A model generated the notes under the pieces. It had not been told where the DNA came from. It worked only from the letters and a program-made list of their open reading frames with translations, and did no database searches. 64,000 bases of DNA from Holophagales bacterium (GTDB lineage Bacteria > Acidobacteriota > Thermoanaerobaculia > Multivoradales > JAGPDF01), in NCBI GenBank assembly GCA_016699405.1, contig CP064972.1, forward strand, positions 4,172,130-4,236,129. Reading direction: 5' to 3'. Below are positions 58,265 to 64,000 of this stretch, piece by piece (position 1 is the first letter of the stretch; every line of letters starts with the position of its first letter). The position numbers were made by a program, and so were the translations under genes.

Positions 58265-61093
58265 TCAGAACCGGCGCGTCAGCTCGACGCCGAACATCCG
58301 GGGCGGACCGTAGGTCGCGGTGCCGAAGCCCAGCGAGAGCACCTGCGCCGTCGTCCCGACCTTGTAGACCCGGTCGCCGACGTTGTCGACGAAGAGTCCG
58401 ACTCCCCATCGGCTGCCGCGGATGTTCGACCAGCTCGCCCGCAGGTTGAGGATCGAATACGGATCCTGCGAGTACGCCTGCAGCGCGCCGGGGCCAAGGA
58501 TCTGCAGCTCGCGGTGGGCATCGCTCTGGAAGTAGACGCGCGTCTGGCCGTAGAGCGTGGCGGAAAGGTCCAGCTTCCCCAGCGCGAACGCGAGCGGCAC
58601 GCGGTAGACGAGCGTCAGGTGACCCTGGTGCGGAGGCATCCCGACCGCGGGGTTATTCCGCAGGTCGAGGAAGCAGTAGCCGGCCGGGGAGGTCGGGACG
58701 CAGATCGCGTCGCCGGCCTGGGCGACGTTGGCCGGATCCTGTCCGGTCCACCGTGTGTAGAAGAAGTCGTTGTAGTTGTAAGCCAGGCGCAACTCCCACG
58801 ACGACGACGGAACGAACGTCACGCTCGTCTCGAAGCCCCGGTGGGTCGCCGCGGCGATGTTGGCCGTGTAGAAGAAGCCGACGTTGTTGAACGTCCCCGA
58901 GAAGTTCTCCTGGATGTCGCGAAACGCGTAGTGGTAGACGTCGGCGTTGATCCGCCCGGCGCCCTTCGCCAGGGTGAAATCCCACTTGACGCCGAGCTCC
59001 GTGGCGAACACCTTCTCCGGTCCGTACGTCGGGGCGAAGTTCGGGAGCGCGCTCGCGGGGTCGCCGCCAGCCTGGCCCGAGTCGTAGACGTTGACGCCGC
59101 CGGGCACATAGGCGCGCGAGAACGACAGATAGGTCATCAACTTGTCGCTCAGCTCCTCGCTGAGGGCGAGATGCACGTTCGGGCCGCTCGACTTCGTCCT
59201 CACGACGCTCGTCGAGGGGCCGGGGGAGAACACCCCGGTGAGGCTGTCGGTGACCGCGGGACGCGAGGCGAAGGTCGTCCGCGTCCAGGAGAACCTGTAC
59301 CCGGCGGTGAGCTTGAGACCGCGGATCCACCGCGCGAGATCCGTCGTCGCCTGCGCGTAGATCGCCGTCTCGCCGCCGCTCCCTCCGGCGGAAAATCCCA
59401 GGGCCGAGTTGTAGCCGAGGTTTTCGTTGAAGACGCCGCCGAAGATCTGGTAGACGTTGCCCGTTCCCAGGGTCGTCGCCGGCTGCCGCGAGTGGTTGTA
59501 GAAGAGCCCGAAGGTACCGACGATCAACCCGTCGTGAGCGTCGACGTGCAGTTGGAGCTCGTTGTTGAAGGTGTCGGCACGCGGTCCGAGCCGGGCGACG
59601 ACGTGGCGCCCGCTCTGGTTGTTCGACCCGAGGCCGCTGAGGGTCGACGCACCGCCCTGCTCGGCCAGGCCCCCGATGCCGTCGGCGGGACTGCTCGCGA
59701 CATCCGCCGCCGACTCGAAGGAGAAGATGTTCTTCAGCCGGAGCGCGAGAGGTCCACGGTCGGTCAGATCGACTTCGGCAACGTCGACGACATTGAAGTT
59801 GCGCAGCCGCAGTCGTGCCGGATTGCCGTTGACGGGGGTCGGCTCGAAGCGCACCGCGCGTCCCCCTGCCGACACCCGCGCGTACTCGGCCAGCAAGGCC
59901 GTCCGGATCGCGACCAGGTGGTTGTAGCGCGAGGTCACGCAGGCGCTGACGCTGCTCTCGAGCCCGAGCGCGACGGCATTGGTGCAGACCGCACCGAAGA
60001 CCGCCGAGGCGGCCTCGGCCGGCAGGTTGTAGAGCCCACCGGCGGCACCCGGGTACACCCCGCTCAGGATCTGGTTCGTCGCCGACTGATCGAGATCGAC
60101 GTAGGTCGCCACGACGTAGTTCTCGAATCTCCCGACCTTGGCCGTCGCCCCCAGACGGAAGGTCCGATTCGCCTGCTCGTCGAACCGCAAGCGCGAGCCG
60201 ATCGCCTCCGTGTAGCCGTCGACGTGATGGAAGCTCGCCGCGACCCGGACGGCCAGCCGGTCCTTGAGCAGCGGCACGTTGATCCCGCCGCTGAGCTGGG
60301 TTCGCCCGAAGTTGCCGACCCGGAGCTCGACGAATTCGCCATAGCGGGTCAGGTCGGGGTGGACCGGCCGAATCAGGATGGCGCCGGAGGCGCTCGACCT
60401 GCCGAAGAGCGTCCCTTGCGGGCCGTTGAGCACCTGGACGGATTCGATGTCCGTGAAGGGGATCGACGCGTTGCCGGAGCAACAAGGGGACTCCGAGAAG
60501 TAGGTAGCCTGACCGGCCGAGAGGCCCCGGATCGAGTAGGAGTTGGTCAGGGTGTTGAAGTAGGGATGAATCGTCAGCGAAGGCACGGCGTAGGTGAGGT
60601 CGCTGACCCTTTCGATCCCTTGTTGCTTGAGCTGCTCGGTGTCGAGGAGGCTGACGGTGATCGGGACCTTCTGCGCGTTCTCCTCGATCATCCGCGCCGT
60701 CACCAGGATCTCCGGCGCGGTGAAGACCGCCTGCGGCGCCGTCTCGTCGACCGGCGACGACGAGGCCACCGCGGGGCTCGGCACGGCGACGGCGGCCTCC
60801 GTCTCTGGACGCGGGGAGACGTCGACCGCGGCGGGCATGCCATCCGCGCTGTCCGGGGAGCTCGACGCGGAGACCGTTGCGGGGGCGCACGAGCCCGTCG
60901 ACGCGGAGTCGCGTTCGTCTCCACCTGCGGCGGGCGACCGGACCAGGAGGAGCGCCATCGCCAGGACTCCGACGACCGACAGAGCCCGCCGACGACCCGG
61001 CTCGTCACCGACGCGGTGCCCCGGATCGTCTCCCTTCGTGCCACCGGAATCCGACGTGGAGCTCTCGACGGACCGCGCGCACTCTCCCCACAT
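58265..61093 (-). CDS. TonB-dependent outer-membrane receptor
   Basis: Plug domain (…VPITVSLLDTEQLKQQGIERVSDLTYAVPSL…). β-barrel ending …GVELTRRF with C-terminal Phe. The start (MWGECAR) is approximate. Confidence 0.8.
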   Translation of the reverse strand: MWGECARSVESSTSDSGGTKGDDPGHRVGDEPGRRRALSVVGVLAMALLLVRSPAAGGDERDSASTGSCAPATVSASSSPDSADGMPAAVDVSPRPETEAAVAVPSPAVASSSPVDETAPQAVFTAPEILVTARMIEENAQKVPITVSLLDTEQLKQQGIERVSDLTYAVPSLTIHPYFNTLTNSYSIRGLSAGQATYFSESPCCSGNASIPFTDIESVQVLNGPQGTLFGRSSASGAILIRPVHPDLTRYGEFVELRVGNFGRTQLSGGINVPLLKDRLAVRVAASFHHVDGYTEAIGSRLRFDEQANRTFRLGATAKVGRFENYVVATYVDLDQSATNQILSGVYPGAAGGLYNLPAEAASAVFGAVCTNAVALGLESSVSACVTSRYNHLVAIRTALLAEYARVSAGGRAVRFEPTPVNGNPARLRLRNFNVVDVAEVDLTDRGPLALRLKNIFSFESAADVASSPADGIGGLAEQGGASTLSGLGSNNQSGRHVVARLGPRADTFNNELQLHVDAHDGLIVGTFGLFYNHSRQPATTLGTGNVYQIFGGVFNENLGYNSALGFSAGGSGGETAIYAQATTDLARWIRGLKLTAGYRFSWTRTTFASRPAVTDSLTGVFSPGPSTSVVRTKSSGPNVHLALSEELSDKLMTYLSFSRAYVPGGVNVYDSGQAGGDPASALPNFAPTYGPEKVFATELGVKWDFTLAKGAGRINADVYHYAFRDIQENFSGTFNNVGFFYTANIAAATHRGFETSVTFVPSSSWELRLAYNYNDFFYTRWTGQDPANVAQAGDAICVPTSPAGYCFLDLRNNPAVGMPPHQGHLTLVYRVPLAFALGKLDLSATLYGQTRVYFQSDAHRELQILGPGALQAYSQDPYSILNLRASWSNIRGSRWGVGLFVDNVGDRVYKVGTTAQVLSLGFGTATYGPPRMFGVELTRRF

Positions 61094-61731
61094 CTCGACA
61101 CCTCCTCGAGCCAAGCTGCAGCCGTTCCCTGGAGACAACTCTTCCGAGAAGTAAGTTCCCGCAGGATGGCTCGGCGTGACAGAGATCGACGCTTTCGCCA
61201 GCAATCGACGAGCACGGCGAGCGGACGGCAGGGCCTTCGATCGAGGCAAGGAGACCGCGACGCGCGTGGGCCGCCGCACCGGCAGCGGATCGACCTCGCG
61301 CGGCGATCGAGCGAAGCCGACGAGGCCGTCGGCCCGGCGCCAGCGCCGGTCACCGAGTCGATCGGTGCCCGGAGCAGGACGAGGGCCGCGAGCCGCGAAA
61401 GGTCAGGTCGAGAACGAGAAGAGCACGCCGTCGTCGGTCGACGTCTCGCGCAGCGAGGCACCGGCGTGCTCCGGGAGCACGGCGCGCCAGAAACGCAGCG
61501 CGGGGGCGTTTTCGTGCAGAGCGAAGGGCTCGCCGAGCGGGAAGCGGACCCCTGGCATCCTGATCGGGAACGGTGATACCCCGGCGACGGTGGCGCCGCG
61601 CCGCACCGGCTGGTCGAAGTGCGGTGTTTCGCACTGCTCGATCAGCCGGTCGCGCGCACCGGGCGTGGTCGTGTCGTCGTGCAGACCGAGGATGGCCCTC
61701 AGCTGCTAGCTCCAGCAGGCGGTCGGCCGGC

Positions 61732-63750
61732 TCAAGCCCCCTTCGTCGCGCCCGCCTCGGGCGCGGCGGGCGGTGCGGTCCGGCCACGCTCGAGACCACC
61801 GAGGAACTTCATCAACTGCGCCCCGACGCCGTTGGCGAGACCTCCGCCTTCGCCGCCGACGATGAGGATCTCCGGCACGAAGCGATTCGCCCCTTCGGCG
61901 AGCTTGCTCACCACGTTGACCACCGTGGTTCCCACCTCGCCCACCGCGTCGCGCTGGGCCTTGAGTCCGGCGGCGAGCGCGAGGCCGCGGGCCTCGGTCT
62001 CGACGGCGCGGGCGCGACCGACCTGGGTCAGGTAGCTCGCCTCGCCTTCCGCCTCGCGGATCCGCGCCTTCGCCCGGTTCTCGTTGATGCCGATCGAGAC
62101 CTGCGCCGCCGCGAGCTCCTTCTGCATGTCGGCCGTGCCGGTCGCCGCCTCCATGGCGATGCGCTGCTCCTCGGCCTCGCGGCGCTTCTGGAAGGTGGCG
62201 ATCTCCTGGTTGGCGATCTCGCGCTGCTGCAACACGGCGACGAGGTTCGGCGGCAGGACGATGTCCTGGATGTAGGCGCCCGGCGTTTCGACGTCGTAGC
62301 TCCGGAGGTGCCCGGTGATGTACTCCTGGGCCTCGCTCTGCACGGTGCTACGCGCCTGGATGAACCGCACCGCGGCCATGCCCTGCAGCTTGTCGCGGAA
62401 GTAGTTGCCCACCGCTGCCTGCAGCACCTCGTTGATGAGATTCGTCATCGACCCGACGCGCGAGATGACGCGCGGGGCCATCACGTCCGAAACGTGGATC
62501 TGCACCTGCAGGTCGATGCTGAACTCGAACCCTTCCTGGCTCTTCGCACCGATCGTCGACAGGCCGCTGTCGAGGTTGTGCGCCTGGCTGTTCGCCGCGC
62601 CCCAGTTGAGCGTCAGGATGAAGGTCGGCACCATGACGACCTCGTAGACGTGCGGGTTCAGCGGGTACTTGCCGGTGCGCAGCGGCTCCTGCCAGAGCCC
62701 GCGATGCCCGGGCCGCACCAGCGAGCCGTGCTTGAACTCCGAGCCCGAGGTGTCCTCGGTCGGCAGGCCGACGTACGACTTGACGACCGCGACCTCACCC
62801 TGCTTGACCGTCTGCATCGGCACCGTCTCCACCTTCACCAGGAAGGGGTTCAGGTTGTAGGCACCGGGCAGGAGCGGGTCGTGCTGTCGCCCGATACGAC
62901 CACCGGCGTCGAGGAAGGCCTGGAAGTCCTGGTAGTTGTTGTGTAGCGCGTTCTTGCTGCCGAGCACCAGCTCGATGAGCTGCTGGTCGGCGCGGCGGAT
63001 CTCCTCCGCCGAGCTGCCGGGAGGGGACTTCCGCTCTTCCTCCTCGATGTCGTCGAAGCCGCCGAGCCGACTGGCGATCTGCCCCGGCTCGACGGGTGGC
63101 CCGTCCAGAGCGGTGACGACGCCGATCATGTCGACGCCGTTCTCCGCCGCACCGATGCGGGTGACCATGAGGTCGGAGCGCTCCAGGTTCCAGGCCGCGC
63201 AGGTCAGGCTGCCCTTGAGCGTCTTGCGCAGCAGCTCCTTGTCGATCGGCTCGCCGTAGACACGGTCCGCCGTGATGACGAGAAATCCGATGGGATGGAT
63301 CGGCGCCACCGTACCGCCGGGAAGGACCGGCCGTTGCGTGCCCTTCTGGCCACCGCCGCGGACGAAGGCGCGCAGGTCGGCGAAGTTGCCGAACTCGCGC
63401 TTGTACTGGACGCTCTTGGCGCCCGTCGGCGGTGCCGCACCCACCTGGGCGATGACCACCCCGATCTGGCCGGCGGGCACCTGCGGCAGCGGGTACTTGA
63501 CCACGCTGTACAACGGCCAGAACTTGAACCGGAGACCGGGCATGAGCAGATCGGCCTGGTAGCCCGCCTCGCCGTCGAAAGCGATGACGTTCTCGTTGCC
63601 GAGCCGCGACAGGCTCCACTTCTTGATCACCAGGCCGATCTCCGTCGGCCCGATGCGGTGCGTCGATACCAAGAGGACGAGGGCGAGGATGACCAGCACG
63701 GCGGGCAGCCAGGCATAGCCGACGAGCAGGCTGAGGAGAGTGGAGGACAT
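61732..63750 (-). CDS. flotillin-like SPFH protein (FloT/YqiK-like)
   Basis: N-terminal TM, SPFH domain, long EA-rich coiled-coil (…QKRREAEEQRIAMEAATGTADMQKELAAAQ…). 672 aa. The upstream part of track ORF 61732..63978 is an extension artefact. Confidence 0.8.
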   Translation of the reverse strand: MSSTLLSLLVGYAWLPAVLVILALVLLVSTHRIGPTEIGLVIKKWSLSRLGNENVIAFDGEAGYQADLLMPGLRFKFWPLYSVVKYPLPQVPAGQIGVVIAQVGAAPPTGAKSVQYKREFGNFADLRAFVRGGGQKGTQRPVLPGGTVAPIHPIGFLVITADRVYGEPIDKELLRKTLKGSLTCAAWNLERSDLMVTRIGAAENGVDMIGVVTALDGPPVEPGQIASRLGGFDDIEEEERKSPPGSSAEEIRRADQQLIELVLGSKNALHNNYQDFQAFLDAGGRIGRQHDPLLPGAYNLNPFLVKVETVPMQTVKQGEVAVVKSYVGLPTEDTSGSEFKHGSLVRPGHRGLWQEPLRTGKYPLNPHVYEVVMVPTFILTLNWGAANSQAHNLDSGLSTIGAKSQEGFEFSIDLQVQIHVSDVMAPRVISRVGSMTNLINEVLQAAVGNYFRDKLQGMAAVRFIQARSTVQSEAQEYITGHLRSYDVETPGAYIQDIVLPPNLVAVLQQREIANQEIATFQKRREAEEQRIAMEAATGTADMQKELAAAQVSIGINENRAKARIREAEGEASYLTQVGRARAVETEARGLALAAGLKAQRDAVGEVGTTVVNVVSKLAEGANRFVPEILIVGGEGGGLANGVGAQLMKFLGGLERGRTAPPAAPEAGATKGA

Positions 63751-64000
63751 GGTCTGTGGGGCTCCTGTCGCAGCGCTTTCGGAGCGCATCGCGCGTCGAC
63801 CGGTCGGCCGCTCCGAGGCTCGAGGGGTCGGAAGGCTCCTCGATCTTCTCACGTGGCCGCCCCCAGGGCCCCCGCGTTCGATGCGGCCCACCACCCGGTT
63901 CCGACCCGCCCGCCGGTGCCCCGCCACTGCAGCGGGAGCGCGCTCCCCCCGGGCGGAGCCAGCCCACCCCGCCGCCACGTCACCGCGGGCGGCGCGGGAT

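Noticed and set aside
61403-61606. 67-aa minus-strand ORF between the flotillin and the TonB-dependent receptor
   Set aside because: No ribosome-binding site, low-complexity composition and no family resemblance. It may simply be 5' UTR or promoter region of the receptor gene.
1-64000. Search for tRNA/rRNA genes, CRISPR repeats, transposase/integrase genes and terminal inverted repeats
   Set aside because: No cloverleaf-compatible segments were found in the few intergenic regions longer than 150 bp. There are no regularly spaced direct repeats. No transposase-like or integrase-like ORF appears in any frame. The only repeats are the paralog-derived tracts described above.

Overview
This is a 64 kb high-GC (about 70%) bacterial chromosomal segment, most likely from an Acidobacteriota-type organism. 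The assignment rests on four secreted paralogs that look like the 'VWFA-related Acidobacterial domain' family. Nearly every long six-frame ORF has an Arg/Ala/Pro-rich antisense or frameshifted shadow ORF. Genes were therefore called on amino-acid composition, catalytic motifs, signal peptides and operon geometry (ATGA/GTGA overlaps). I count about 50 protein-coding genes and found no rRNA, tRNA, CRISPR array, transposase or prophage signature.

Main contents, in order:
- The DEAH helicase HrpB (683-3241).
- A two-gene secretory operon (3377-14676): a roughly 1,800-aa protein built from many pre-peptidase-C-terminal-like β-sandwich repeats, translationally coupled to a 1,969-aa thioester α2-macroglobulin (GCTEQ motif). 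The α2-macroglobulin ends with a 13-bp stem-loop.
- A conserved minus-strand cluster of a thioredoxin TlpA-like protein, a DUF4266 lipoprotein (C-terminal GGGGCGCN), a DUF3570 putative outer-membrane β-barrel and the flavin transferase ApbE (14899-17881). The DUF3570 protein carries a DVITGAS sequence that matches the ApbE flavinylation motif.
- The proline biosynthesis genes proB and proA, preceded by a σ70-like promoter, a short Pro-containing upstream ORF and an intrinsic terminator, which together look like a candidate attenuator.
- A signalling cassette on the minus strand: an FHA-EAL c-di-GMP phosphodiesterase, a sensor Ser/Thr kinase and a small membrane protein.
- Divergent from that cassette: a LysM-FecR protein, the penicillin-binding protein PbpC, a nitrilase-family hydrolase and a secreted β-propeller protein.
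- A paralog-rich region (32-48 kb). It holds a tandem segmental duplication of a [YhhN(-)/secreted VWA(+)/SPFH(-)] unit, with a chimeric junction and a roughly 140-bp near-identical gene-conversion tract. It also holds an FtsX-type permease with three tandem HlyD adaptors and no ATPase, and a VWA-TPR-VWA operon.
- A run of small stress and detoxification-type genes on the minus strand: VIT, EamA, DJ-1, β-carbonic anhydrase, YdeI, DUF488, a dual-specificity phosphatase and others.
- A TonB-dependent receptor and a flotillin.

The most novel-looking items are the flavinylation motif in the DUF3570/ApbE cluster, the repeat protein coupled to the α2-macroglobulin, the proBA leader and terminator, and the unusual separation of pbpC from the α2-macroglobulin gene by a signalling module.
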